The notes under the pieces were generated by a model. The model had not been told where the DNA came from. It searched no databases and was given only the letters and a program-made list of their open reading frames with translations. Shown piece after piece: positions 49,581 through 59,808 of a stretch of DNA of 64,000 nt. This DNA comes from Gammaproteobacteria bacterium (lineage in GTDB: Bacteria > Pseudomonadota > Gammaproteobacteria > SZUA-229), in contig JAOULX010000015.1 in NCBI GenBank assembly GCA_029881795.1, positions 1,810 to 65,809 on the forward strand, in the 5' to 3' direction. Position 1 is the stretch's first letter, and every line of letters begins with the position of its first letter. A program made the position numbers and the translations under genes.

Positions 49581-50927
49581 ATGAGCACTACTACCAGACC
49601 CCCTAAAGTCGGCTTTGTCAGCCTTGGCTGCCCAAAAGCCACTGTCGATTCCGAGCACATCATTACTCAGCTACGTGCCGAGGGCTATGAACTATCATCC
49701 AGCTATGAAGACTCCGATCTGGTAGTGGTCAATACCTGCGGATTTATCGACAGCGCCGTCGAAGAATCGCTGGATACCATTGGCGAAGCACTGGCTGAAA
49801 ATGGCAAGGTTATCGTTACCGGTTGTCTGGGCGCAAAAGATACCGTGGTACTGGATAACTACCCGAATGTATTAGCCGTCACCGGCCCGCATGCGCAGGC
49901 AGAAGTCATGCAGGTGGTACATCAACACCTGCCAAAACCACACGACCCATACACCGACTTGGTACCACCTGCCGGCGTAAAACTGACGCCAAAACATTAT
50001 TCCTATTTAAAAATATCGGAAGGCTGCAACCACGGCTGCACATTCTGCATTATTCCGGACCTGCGCGGCAAACTAGTCAGCCGTGATATCAGCTCAGTAA
50101 TGACCGAAGCTGAGAATCTGGTCAATGGTGGTTGCGGTGAATTACTGGTGATTTCACAAGACACCAGCGCCTATGGTGTCGATCTTAAATACCGCACTGA
50201 TTTTCACGGCACTCAGCCGATTAAAACCAATATGGAAGAACTGGCAAAAAATCTGGGCGCCTTAGGTGTCTGGGTTCGAATGCATTATGTTTATCCCTAC
50301 CCCAGCGTTGATAACATTATTCCATTAATGGCTGACGGATTAATTCTGCCCTATCTGGATATTCCATTTCAGCATGCCAGCCAGTCGGTATTAAAAAATA
50401 TGAAACGCCCTGCCAGTGCCGAAAATGTATTGAAACGGATTGAAAACTGGCGCCAGATTTGTCCCGACATTACATTACGCAGCACTTTCATCACCGGTTT
50501 CCCCGGTGAAACAGAACAAGACTTTCAGATTCTGCTCGACTTTTTAGACGAAGCACAGCTCGACCGAGTTGGTGCATTCGCCTACTCAGATGTCGAAGGC
50601 GCTAAAGCCAACGCGTTAGCCGGTGCGGTGCCTGAAGAACTAAGAAAAGAGCGACTGCAACGCTTCATGTTAAAACAGGCCGAAATCAGCGCTGCCAAGT
50701 TGCAGCAAAAAATCGGCCAACGAATGACCGTACACATCGACGGTTACGATGAAGAAAGCGGTGAAGTTCTGGCCCGATCAAAAGCCGATGCTCCCGATAT
50801 TGACGGCATGGTGATATTACCTGCCATCGAGGGTTTTCAGGCCGGTGATTTCTTAGAAGTTATAATCACCGATGCTGATGAACACGATCTGTACGCAAAC
50901 CCTGTACACCCGGATGACGACTGGTGA
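49581..50927 (+). CDS. rimO: ribosomal protein S12 methylthiotransferase RimO
   Basis: 448 aa: [17 protein letters not shown]...[11 protein letters not shown] (MTTase N domain), [11 protein letters not shown] (radical SAM), C-terminal TRAM. Confidence 0.9.
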   Translation: MSTTTRPPKVGFVSLGCPKATVDSEHIITQLRAEGYELSSSYEDSDLVVVNTCGFIDSAVEESLDTIGEALAENGKVIVTGCLGAKDTVVLDNYPNVLAVTGPHAQAEVMQVVHQHLPKPHDPYTDLVPPAGVKLTPKHYSYLKISEGCNHGCTFCIIPDLRGKLVSRDISSVMTEAENLVNGGCGELLVISQDTSAYGVDLKYRTDFHGTQPIKTNMEELAKNLGALGVWVRMHYVYPYPSVDNIIPLMADGLILPYLDIPFQHASQSVLKNMKRPASAENVLKRIENWRQICPDITLRSTFITGFPGETEQDFQILLDFLDEAQLDRVGAFAYSDVEGAKANALAGAVPEELRKERLQRFMLKQAEISAAKLQQKIGQRMTVHIDGYDEESGEVLARSKADAPDIDGMVILPAIEGFQAGDFLEVIITDADEHDLYANPVHPDDDW

Positions 50928-50934
50928 TCAGCGA

Positions 50935-50971
50935 TGATCTGATGCTGATTCACTATCGGCATCAGATCATA
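50935..50971. repeat. perfect 12-bp inverted repeat ATGATCTGATGC-N13-GCATCAGATCAT, 8 nt after the rimO stop
   Basis: Read directly. No U-tract follows on either strand (an A-run follows on plus). Confidence 0.8.
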
Positions 50972-51322
50972 AAAAACATTTCAATAATTTCAATCCAAAA
51001 AACCAAATTGAAACCGGGTTTCCTGCCTGTCAATTTATAAAGAACGTACTTGTCTCAACATATAACACAAGCGAAGCAATCCTGATTTCAACCCGCACAC
51101 TGCATTAACGATTGTTTATATTCTAAAGCGTTAATCTGCGCACAACATTATAAAAAACATCGCAGCTTAATCTTCAAACTGATAGTATAAAAGTTAAATA
51201 AAAAAAATATAACGCCTCATTTAAACCATTTTATTGATTACGCACTGCGCCTTAGCACTGCTTTAATTTTCTATGCCATAAAACATAATTAAAGAAATGG
51301 CATTATTACCAGGGATGCGATA

Positions 51323-54300
51323 ATGCCAGCCACAAGCAGCATACTGCAACAGAGAATAGATCAGCTCGAGCAGCTGATCAGCAACACACATGATGACTTA
51401 AACAAGAAAATACTTGAGCTTAAATTTGAATTAAATGATTTGCGCCAGCAACTCAATAACGAAACTGCAGCAGAGTCTGAATCAGCAGCCGGTCCCGATG
51501 CACTCGTCGCATACAACCCTCACACGCCATCCGCATTTGTCAGCCCTGCGCCTGCAGAGGAGACTGAGTCCATAAATGCAGGAAACACAGCGTCAATCCA
51601 GAGTACATCAACAGGCTGGAATGAAAACAGTTCAAAACCAATCATAAGCGCCCAATCGATAGTTTTCGTTCGCCAGTTTTTTTTAACTATCTTTTATTTT
51701 ATGCTGAACCATCTAAGCCTTTTCATCAGCCCGATTCAAGCACTTGCACACCGATCAAAACACCTTTATCAGCATTATAAAGACCATGGCAAGGCACCCG
51801 TATTTTTAATGACAGTTGCCGGCCTGATCACCTTAACCGTAGGCTTTGGCTATCTGTTGCAATACTCTTTTAATACACTGTTCAATGACACACTAAAAGC
51901 ACTGACAGGTTTTTTACTGGGCATCATCATTATCATATCCGGCAGTTTACTGGCCAGAAAAAAGCCTGACTACAGTGAATATGCTGCCAGCGTCATTGCG
52001 CTGGGTGTAATATTTAATTATTTATCCGCCTATTTTATTGGGCCGTATTTCAACATCATCTCAGACAGCAGCAGCCTTATATTGTTATGCGTGATCACTC
52101 TGGCTTCGTTTCTACTTGCATTGCTATTTGAAACTCGTGTAGTCGCCATCACCACACTTGTCGGTGGTGTTTTTATGCCATTTATTTTTGCTGATGTTAA
52201 CTCCACCGGCCTCGTCTTTATTGCTTACCTGTTTATTCTTAGCTCTGCCAATCTCTACCTCAGTAACAAAATACAATGGCCCGCTCTTGGCAAATTTACG
52301 TTTATACTCAGCCTGTCGGTGCTTGAATATATCGGTATCCGCGACAATGCCAGCGCCGTTTTGAGCCTGATACTATTGAGCGCATTTCTTTATTTATATG
52401 TTTATTACTGGTCATTCAAAGGCAGCCGGTTAAAACAACAGATCACAAGATACGACATCACATTTCTGCTCTCTAACAGCTTTTATTTTATTTACGCCGT
52501 ACTGCATACAGAACATAGCCAGTCATTAATAGCCAGTATTTTTATACTTCATGCACTGCTGCTATCAGCCTTTGTGCTGTTGTTCCGAATCATACACAGC
52601 ACTTTGGCAGCCGCTTATTTATTGATGATAAGCGTACTCATTGCCTGCTCGGTCTTTGTACTGGCTCCGCTCAACCTGTCTGCACTGATTTGGGCACTCG
52701 AGGGACTGGTTCTGGTCTTCATCGGTTTTCATTACCCGCATAAGCTGCTGCGAGCAGAAGGTTACGCCATCTACTTTATCGCCATGCTCAGTCTGTTATC
52801 GCATCTTCTTATCAACTATGACTACTCATCATTCTCTGCACAACAGGGCTCGGAAGCCTGGTTAAACCTGTCTGCTTTTGGTTTCTTAAGCCTGCTTGCT
52901 TACCGCTTAATTGCATACTTTAAGTCTGCTACAGAAAAAGCAGAGCAGACGGCGGGATTTATCATAAATGAAACTTTTAGTTTATGGGGAGCTGTTTTTT
53001 TAAGCCTACTGTTTACTCTATATACCGCTGACCTCGCTCCTGTTTTAACCGTCATACCGCTGGCATGGTGTTTTTACCGGGCAGCAAAATTCAGGCTACG
53101 ACTGGCTCAGCTCATTGGTTTTTACTATCTGTTTGTTCTTGCTCTTTACGTCTTATATCAAATGTTCTCAGCCAGAAGCAGCATTATTTCTGAACAGAGC
53201 ACATTGACCCAGATCGCACTTTTTGAACTGGTATTTTTTTCCTGGGGTCTACACCTTTACTATCAGTATTTCGCACTGACAGGCCGCGCCCAGAACCTGG
53301 CAAAGAAAATTCATCAACTAACTTTTTATCTGCCGGTTATTATAATCTGCTCCAGCCTGATCAATATTTTCTTTAACCTTTCAAACCAAAAAACCATGTC
53401 TTTCGATGCGCTCTGGTTTGATTTTATTATTAGCGCCGCGTTGTTATTACTGGCATATTTATCAGCCAATAAATCCTCTGCCTTTATCAGACAGCAGCAG
53501 AGCTCGTCCGCTCACTACATAACACAGGAATCGGTTTCTTTATTTATCAGCGCTTTCTTTTTATACAGTACAGCGATTCTCTTCAGTGAATGGATGTACA
53601 ACGCAGCCGCTATTCCTTTATTGTATTTACTACACCGCAGCCTGAAATATAAACTACCATTAACCGAACTATTGGCATGGTTTCACTTTGCTTTCTTTTT
53701 TGTCATCAGCTGGCTTCAGTATAAGTCGGTTGGTAACCTGCACTTTTCCGAACAGGCGCTGAGCACACAAATTGTCTGGCTAGAATTATTACTTTGCAGC
53801 TGGTTAATGCGGCTGATTTATGAGCGCACTGACAAACAGGCCAGGCTGTACCAGCTGGCAGTACATCTGCGCACTAGCGTTTACTTACTGATACCGCTAC
53901 TGATGTTGCCACGTATCATTCGGCTCTATCCACAATACCTTGCTGCAACATTATGGCTGTCATTTACCATCAGCTGGCTGATGCATAAAAAACTTAAAAT
54001 TAACGCTCTGCAACATCAGCTCAGCATACTCTATATGACCGCAATCTTATCTAGCATACTGGTATCACTTAATGCGTTGACAGGTGACCCTGAACTGCCG
54101 GGGCTGATTGCCATCGTAGCCGGTGCATTTGTCATCAGCCTTTTCAACTATAGCGAAAAAGCATTGACTGCTGTTTCCCGGCAATACACTAACTACCTTA
54201 GCATTCAGCAAAGCAGTCCGTATTTCTATGGCTTTGCAGTGGCCGCTCTCAGTTATTCTTTAACTGGTCAGCTAAACCTGGCTATTTTCTTAAGCGCTGT

Positions 54301-54883
54301 GTTCTTTTTATACCTGAGTCAGGAGAGACGTCTGCTTATCATTATGAAGCGCAGCCTGATCTTATCCTACTCATTGGCATGGATGGGTCTCTGCATCGTC
54401 CCTGTCATTATTTTTTTACAAGCCAAGCTGTCCTTCACCGACATTGTGGTCAACCTGCTAAGTTTGCTCGCACTGTGGTTTTTAAGTCATCAACCAAGAG
54501 CCGTCTTCAGACTATTACAAAGAAACGGTTTCAGCCAAGTGATTCAGTTATGGCTGTTTCATATAATGGCTTTCTGCGTTTACAGCGCTATCCTCAATAC
54601 TTCTTTTGAGGCCTGGTCGGTCGGAACATCTCTGGCCATGCTGATGCACGCAGTTGTCGTGCTGTTTTTAACTTTGCAAACAAAGTACAAAGCCTTACTG
54701 CGCTTATCCATTAGCTTATACGCATTAACAGCGATCAAGCTTTTATTTCACGATATGACCGACTTTAATCATATTCATAAAGTGATCGCATTAATGGGCA
54801 TCGGCAGCATTCTTATGCTGGCCGCGTTTATTTTTCAGAGAGCGCGTAATAACCGCAATCTGGAAATTACTGATGCAGTCTAA
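51323..54883 (+). CDS. very large polytopic membrane protein (DUF2339-like) with an N-terminal coiled-coil
   Basis: 1186 aa. The first roughly 45 aa are heptad-like (IDQLEQLISNTHDDLNKKILELKFELNDLRQQL), followed by more than 30 hydrophobic helices with repetitive internal architecture. Confidence 0.6.
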   Translation: MPATSSILQQRIDQLEQLISNTHDDLNKKILELKFELNDLRQQLNNETAAESESAAGPDALVAYNPHTPSAFVSPAPAEETESINAGNTASIQSTSTGWNENSSKPIISAQSIVFVRQFFLTIFYFMLNHLSLFISPIQALAHRSKHLYQHYKDHGKAPVFLMTVAGLITLTVGFGYLLQYSFNTLFNDTLKALTGFLLGIIIIISGSLLARKKPDYSEYAASVIALGVIFNYLSAYFIGPYFNIISDSSSLILLCVITLASFLLALLFETRVVAITTLVGGVFMPFIFADVNSTGLVFIAYLFILSSANLYLSNKIQWPALGKFTFILSLSVLEYIGIRDNASAVLSLILLSAFLYLYVYYWSFKGSRLKQQITRYDITFLLSNSFYFIYAVLHTEHSQSLIASIFILHALLLSAFVLLFRIIHSTLAAAYLLMISVLIACSVFVLAPLNLSALIWALEGLVLVFIGFHYPHKLLRAEGYAIYFIAMLSLLSHLLINYDYSSFSAQQGSEAWLNLSAFGFLSLLAYRLIAYFKSATEKAEQTAGFIINETFSLWGAVFLSLLFTLYTADLAPVLTVIPLAWCFYRAAKFRLRLAQLIGFYYLFVLALYVLYQMFSARSSIISEQSTLTQIALFELVFFSWGLHLYYQYFALTGRAQNLAKKIHQLTFYLPVIIICSSLINIFFNLSNQKTMSFDALWFDFIISAALLLLAYLSANKSSAFIRQQQSSSAHYITQESVSLFISAFFLYSTAILFSEWMYNAAAIPLLYLLHRSLKYKLPLTELLAWFHFAFFFVISWLQYKSVGNLHFSEQALSTQIVWLELLLCSWLMRLIYERTDKQARLYQLAVHLRTSVYLLIPLLMLPRIIRLYPQYLAATLWLSFTISWLMHKKLKINALQHQLSILYMTAILSSILVSLNALTGDPELPGLIAIVAGAFVISLFNYSEKALTAVSRQYTNYLSIQQSSPYFYGFAVAALSYSLTGQLNLAIFLSAVFFLYLSQERRLLIIMKRSLILSYSLAWMGLCIVPVIIFLQAKLSFTDIVVNLLSLLALWFLSHQPRAVFRLLQRNGFSQVIQLWLFHIMAFCVYSAILNTSFEAWSVGTSLAMLMHAVVVLFLTLQTKYKALLRLSISLYALTAIKLLFHDMTDFNHIHKVIALMGIGSILMLAAFIFQRARNNRNLEITDAV

Positions 54884-55170
54884 AACTTAGTGTGTCGATA
54901 TTCACACCTGTTTTATTTCGGCATCTCAAAATAAATATCACGTCTTCAGTTACCCGCTGCTTACTGCACATCTCGGTGGTATTTGCATGCGATTTTATTC
55001 GGGATATTACGTAAAGAATTTTTACAATTGATGATTTTCAAACAGCCGGAAGTTATGATGCCGACCCGCTAAAGAAGCACCTTTTGCTTGCTAGTATTAC
55101 CGGTAACAGTGACATTAGTATTGAGCGGGATTTCGCGCTGTATTTAACAGCGACAATAGCGACATTCTAA

Positions 55171-55197
55171 CTGCCGCTTTAACGGCAGTTTTCTTCT
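55171..55197 (+). terminator. putative intrinsic terminator (ctgccg-cttta-acggcag + T-rich)
   Basis: A 6/7-bp stem followed by ttttcttcttcg, about 290 bp downstream of the DUF2339 gene. Confidence 0.4.
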
Positions 55198-55228
55198 TCG
55201 CATTGTTTATTTGCCAGCCCAGAAGCTT

Positions 55229-57463
55229 TTAAGAAAAGAGCAAGGCTGGTACACCGTTATCTTCAGATATTTTCGCCTCACCTAATAACGCAGTAATCGC
55301 CGCCATTGATACTGGCCGACCGAACAAGAAGCCCTGCATATTACGACAGCCCAGTGATTTCAACAGCTCAAACTGACTGATCTCTTCAACACCCTCAGAA
55401 ATAATCTGCAGCTTCAATCCTTTTGCCATCTCGATAATGGCTTTAACAATCGAGTATGCTCCCTGATTTGATTCCATTTGCTGAACAAATGACTGATCAA
55501 TTTTCAGCGTATCGATTGGCAGTTTTTGCAAATAATTTAATGATGAGTATCCAGTGCCAAAATCATCAACAGCAATACTGATTCCCAGCGCACTAAGCCT
55601 CCCAAGCACACTGACAACGGTATCCATATCTTCCATCAGAACATTTTCTGTAATTTCTATTTCCAGCATATCACCGCTGATATCATGCTTTTTTAGCGCT
55701 GCTTGAATTTTATTAACAATTTCCGGGTGTTCAAACTGCCTTGCCGACATATTCACGGCCACTTTAGGTATTAACACCCCGCTCTCTCTCCAGTGCTTTA
55801 AGTCCCGGCAAACTCTGTCGAGTATCCAGTCACCTATCGGCAGAATTAATCCGGTTTCTTCACACAGCGGAATAAACTCTGAAGGCTGCACCATACCATG
55901 GCTCGGGTGTGTCCAGCGTATCAGCGCCTCAACAGAAACAATTTTATTTTTAAAAGCATCAATTTGTGGCTGATAGTGAATTGAAAACTGCTTATTAGTC
56001 ATTGCCCGGCGCAGATCATACTCCAGAGAAAAACTCGCTGACAGTTCCTCATGCATCGTGTCATTGTAAAACTTGTATCCGTCTTTAGCTTTATTCTTTA
56101 CTGCATACATGGCGATATCGGCATGTTTTAGCAAACTCTCAATACTATCCCCATCATCCGGGTAATGCGCTATACCGATACTGGTAGTAATAAAGATTTC
56201 CTCTCCATCAAGATCAAACGGCATCTTAAGCGCTTCTATGATTTTATTAGCAACAAATTCTGAATCGCTTCTGCTATGAATTTCTGGCAGCAGTATGGTG
56301 AACTCATCACCTCCGATTCTTGACAGGGTATCGCATTCACGAATACATTTATTCAGCCTCAGCGCAACGCTTTGTAATAATTTATCACCGACAAGATGCC
56401 CTAACGTATCGTTGACGTTTTTAAAACGATCAAGATCAAGAAACATCACTGACAGCTTGTTCTTATTTCGCTTTGCCAGTGCGATCGACTGCTCCAGCCG
56501 GTCCTTAAGTAGCGCTCTGTTAGGCAACCGGGTCAGTGTGTCGTGATAAGCCTGAAAATATATTATCCGTTCAGATTCTTTTTTATCTGTAATATCCCTG
56601 GCCACGCCGTAGGTTCCAATAAATGTATTATCGTTATCCTGTGAATTATAAATTCCAAACGAACTGACTGTTATCGGCAGCATTTGTGATTCAAAATACT
56701 TCACTTCAGGTTTTGTTTCATGGCACTTCAGTCTCAGCTCAACATTAAACGAGGCTCTTTTACCGGTTCTTCTTTCATTGAAACTATACCTGGCCATTTC
56801 AAGGTCATCGGGATGAATGATAGTTGTGTAATGTTTACCCAGCACATCCTGCTTACTATAACCCAGAGTTTTTTCCAGCCGGTCGTTAACAAACGTAAAG
56901 CAACCTTCTTCATCTAGCATGTAGACAATATCCGGCGATTTATTAACGATATAACGATGCAGGTTTTCAGATTTAAGCAGGCGCAGCTGCATGGCCTGAT
57001 TTTCATGTTCTAACTGGCGTTTTTTAAAGGCATTTTTTAACGCATTAAGCATGCCATCGATTGAATACGGCTTGCCTATATAATCATAAGCGCCGTACTT
57101 CAGAGATTTTTCTGCTGCCTCAAACGTGGTCTCACCACTGACCACAATAACCGTTGTATCTATCTGCTGCGTCCGGATATATTTCATCACATCCAGACCG
57201 CTGATATCCGGCATATTAAGATCCAGCAACAGCAGATCTATGACTCCACTATCGAGCATTTTCAGCGCTTCTTTTGCACTGCCACACACCAATACTTCAT
57301 AACCTTCACTGTCAATAACCTGTTTAAGACTGTTTCTCTGATTTTCCTCATCATCAACAATCAACACCACTTCTGTATATGGCAAACTACTGTCATTACT
57401 GTTTTCATCCAAATAAAAACTATCCCTTTTTCCCAGTCCATTTGTATTTATATTTTTCATCAT
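55229..57463 (-). CDS. response regulator with REC-PAS-GGDEF-EAL domains (c-di-GMP turnover)
   Basis: REC (VVLIVDDEENQRN...LLLLDLNMPDISG), PAS, intact RIGGDEF, EAL motif (VSVEALIRW). Confidence 0.85.
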   Translation of the reverse strand: MMKNINTNGLGKRDSFYLDENSNDSSLPYTEVVLIVDDEENQRNSLKQVIDSEGYEVLVCGSAKEALKMLDSGVIDLLLLDLNMPDISGLDVMKYIRTQQIDTTVIVVSGETTFEAAEKSLKYGAYDYIGKPYSIDGMLNALKNAFKKRQLEHENQAMQLRLLKSENLHRYIVNKSPDIVYMLDEEGCFTFVNDRLEKTLGYSKQDVLGKHYTTIIHPDDLEMARYSFNERRTGKRASFNVELRLKCHETKPEVKYFESQMLPITVSSFGIYNSQDNDNTFIGTYGVARDITDKKESERIIYFQAYHDTLTRLPNRALLKDRLEQSIALAKRNKNKLSVMFLDLDRFKNVNDTLGHLVGDKLLQSVALRLNKCIRECDTLSRIGGDEFTILLPEIHSRSDSEFVANKIIEALKMPFDLDGEEIFITTSIGIAHYPDDGDSIESLLKHADIAMYAVKNKAKDGYKFYNDTMHEELSASFSLEYDLRRAMTNKQFSIHYQPQIDAFKNKIVSVEALIRWTHPSHGMVQPSEFIPLCEETGLILPIGDWILDRVCRDLKHWRESGVLIPKVAVNMSARQFEHPEIVNKIQAALKKHDISGDMLEIEITENVLMEDMDTVVSVLGRLSALGISIAVDDFGTGYSSLNYLQKLPIDTLKIDQSFVQQMESNQGAYSIVKAIIEMAKGLKLQIISEGVEEISQFELLKSLGCRNMQGFLFGRPVSMAAITALLGEAKISEDNGVPALLFS

Positions 57464-59568
57464 GGCTTTACTGCTTCACTAATAGGAAAATGAATACTAA
57501 ACATTGTGCCGGAGCTGTTTGTCCTGCAGGTTATATCTCCGCCCATATCATCAATCAGGCTTTTCACAATACTCAGTCCCAAACCTGAGTGCTGCTGACC
57601 CTTTGTACTTTTCACCGGTTTATATAAATTATTCAGCACCATATCCGGTAGTCCCGGCCCTGTATCCTGAATCTCTATTTCAACAAATCGTTTTCCACTG
57701 ATGTTTATATTTCTTGTTGCAACTGACAACTGTTTTTCATTGTCCATTGCTTCTACTGAATTTTTTATCAGATTAGTCAGTATTTGTTTTATTGAATTTT
57801 TATTTGCCGATATAAGACACAGATTACTCTCAAGTTCTTTGTTAGCTGTGATACCGTGAGTAACATAAAGTGATGACATCATGATGCTGTGCATTGTATT
57901 AATGACATCATTAACATTAATTTGCTGTAACTGATCAGGGTCTGTTAGTCCATCTAGGCTTTTGTCACACTTAAGCACCACACTGCCAACACGGTCTATT
58001 TCTTCGGCAATAATTCGCAGATCAAGCTGCACCTGATCATTTTCACTAAAACGCTTACCCAGCACATGCAGATAATTTTTAATAACCGCCAGCGGATTAT
58101 TGACTTCGTGAATAATTTCCCGCGACCTGGCGCGAATCATTTCCTGGGTTTCCGCTATGAATTCCTTTTTTTCTTCACGCTTACTCAGCGCAGCGCAAAC
58201 AACGGCCGCCACTTCTGCAGCGTATATTGTCAGCAGTGCAGATCTCTCCATCAGTTTTTGATATTGTTGTTGGCCGCACCCCGCCACGATCATACCTGCG
58301 TACTGACCTGCCTGTAGCAAAGGCACACACATCATCCCTTCTGCATCCAGCGCTTTGATAATCTGCTGATCAACCACGGGTTGCAGGCTTTCATTTACCT
58401 GTGCAAACGATGACATGATATCCCCGTTCTTTAATGACACGGCAAGCAGACTGTCTGAGTTATCGCTGATTCTAATGGCTTCGAGAATCGCTTTATTAAA
58501 TCGAATACTGGTCTGTTGTGGCAGCAAACAGCTGCTTTCTTTGTCGTATAAAAACAGGCAGCTTTTATTCAGACCAAACAACATCATCATGCTTTTTTGT
58601 ATTGCACTGAAATCAATACCATCCGCAGTTGACGGCAGTGGCTGAACGGCAGCCTGAGTCAGGCTGATATCTCTGATCGCTGCGGCCAACTGAATATGTT
58701 TTTTCTCATCATGCTCAGCAATCGCATCACTGTCATCAATATCAATCTGTAATGAGCTGGCGAGTTTATTGACTTCGATGTCTGCCTTGCTGACAACATC
58801 CTCCAGAACAGAATCGGTTAAGTCAAATAGCTGCTGATCATAATCCGCTGTTTCGGTGTTACCGATTGTGGTCAGCCGATTTGCCAGATTAATAATTTTC
58901 ACCAAATGGTGCGCTTCCCGAATTTCCTGACTACTCGCGTGATGATATTTAACCGCTTCAGTAATCACTTCCGGCACAGACCATAAGGACAGTAACTGTG
59001 CTCCCACCTGATCATGGGTTATATGATATTTTTCAAATTCAGACTGATGCAGTTGCTGTGCCGAAACGCTATTACGGACTAACTGGCTGTATTCATTCTT
59101 TGACAGACTCTCAAATACCATCTGACCTATATCATGCAGCAATCCGGCCAGATAAGCCTCTTCCGGGTTTTCATAAGCCGTTAGCTTTGCCAGGGATTTA
59201 GCGACGATGGCCGTGTATAGCGTATGCTTCCAGAAATTTTTTAAAAAATGTGTTTTTTCTCTGCTGTAATGCGAAAAAAACTGCTGAACCGAAGCCGTTA
59301 TTGCAATCGATTTAATGGTATCCAGCCCCAGAAATAACAGGATCTGTTTATGCGTGGTTAATTTACCGACTTTGCCATAGACCGGTGAATTAGCCACCGA
59401 TATTAATTTCGCCGATAGCACGGCATCTTTAGCAATGATCGCGGTCAATTTATCAAAACAGGCATTTTCATCATGACAGGCATCGAGCAGTTTAATCAAG
59501 ACATGCGGCAACGAGGGCAGCTTAGTTAGCCCCATTTCTTCAAGTAAGTTCGTCGCATTATTCCCCAT
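57460..59568 (-). CDS. sensor histidine kinase with N-terminal HDOD domain
   Basis: HDOD-like N-terminus (LPHVLIKLLDACHDE...AKLISVANSPVYG), H-box IHEVNNPLAVIKNY, N/G1/G2 boxes (LTNLIKNSVEAM, DTGPGL, GLGLSIV). It overlaps the downstream GGDEF-EAL gene by 4 nt. Confidence 0.8.
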   Translation of the reverse strand: MGNNATNLLEEMGLTKLPSLPHVLIKLLDACHDENACFDKLTAIIAKDAVLSAKLISVANSPVYGKVGKLTTHKQILLFLGLDTIKSIAITASVQQFFSHYSREKTHFLKNFWKHTLYTAIVAKSLAKLTAYENPEEAYLAGLLHDIGQMVFESLSKNEYSQLVRNSVSAQQLHQSEFEKYHITHDQVGAQLLSLWSVPEVITEAVKYHHASSQEIREAHHLVKIINLANRLTTIGNTETADYDQQLFDLTDSVLEDVVSKADIEVNKLASSLQIDIDDSDAIAEHDEKKHIQLAAAIRDISLTQAAVQPLPSTADGIDFSAIQKSMMMLFGLNKSCLFLYDKESSCLLPQQTSIRFNKAILEAIRISDNSDSLLAVSLKNGDIMSSFAQVNESLQPVVDQQIIKALDAEGMMCVPLLQAGQYAGMIVAGCGQQQYQKLMERSALLTIYAAEVAAVVCAALSKREEKKEFIAETQEMIRARSREIIHEVNNPLAVIKNYLHVLGKRFSENDQVQLDLRIIAEEIDRVGSVVLKCDKSLDGLTDPDQLQQINVNDVINTMHSIMMSSLYVTHGITANKELESNLCLISANKNSIKQILTNLIKNSVEAMDNEKQLSVATRNINISGKRFVEIEIQDTGPGLPDMVLNNLYKPVKSTKGQQHSGLGLSIVKSLIDDMGGDITCRTNSSGTMFSIHFPISEAVKP

Positions 59569-59808
59569 GTCATTAATATTATTAATATTATTGATATCGT
59601 GTCAATCTAATTTGCCGAAATAGCCAGATTTTCGTCAGATTAAAGATGCTCCATTGCAAATGGCAGCTAAACAACAGTAAACAGGCATTTGTATCTTACG
59701 AACTACTCAGCACTGCAAATAACGCAAATTCCGCAACCCATACCAACAAATTAATGGTAGCATCCACTGTAAACGTTCAATCAAATATGATTTTATTTAG
59801 ACACAGTT

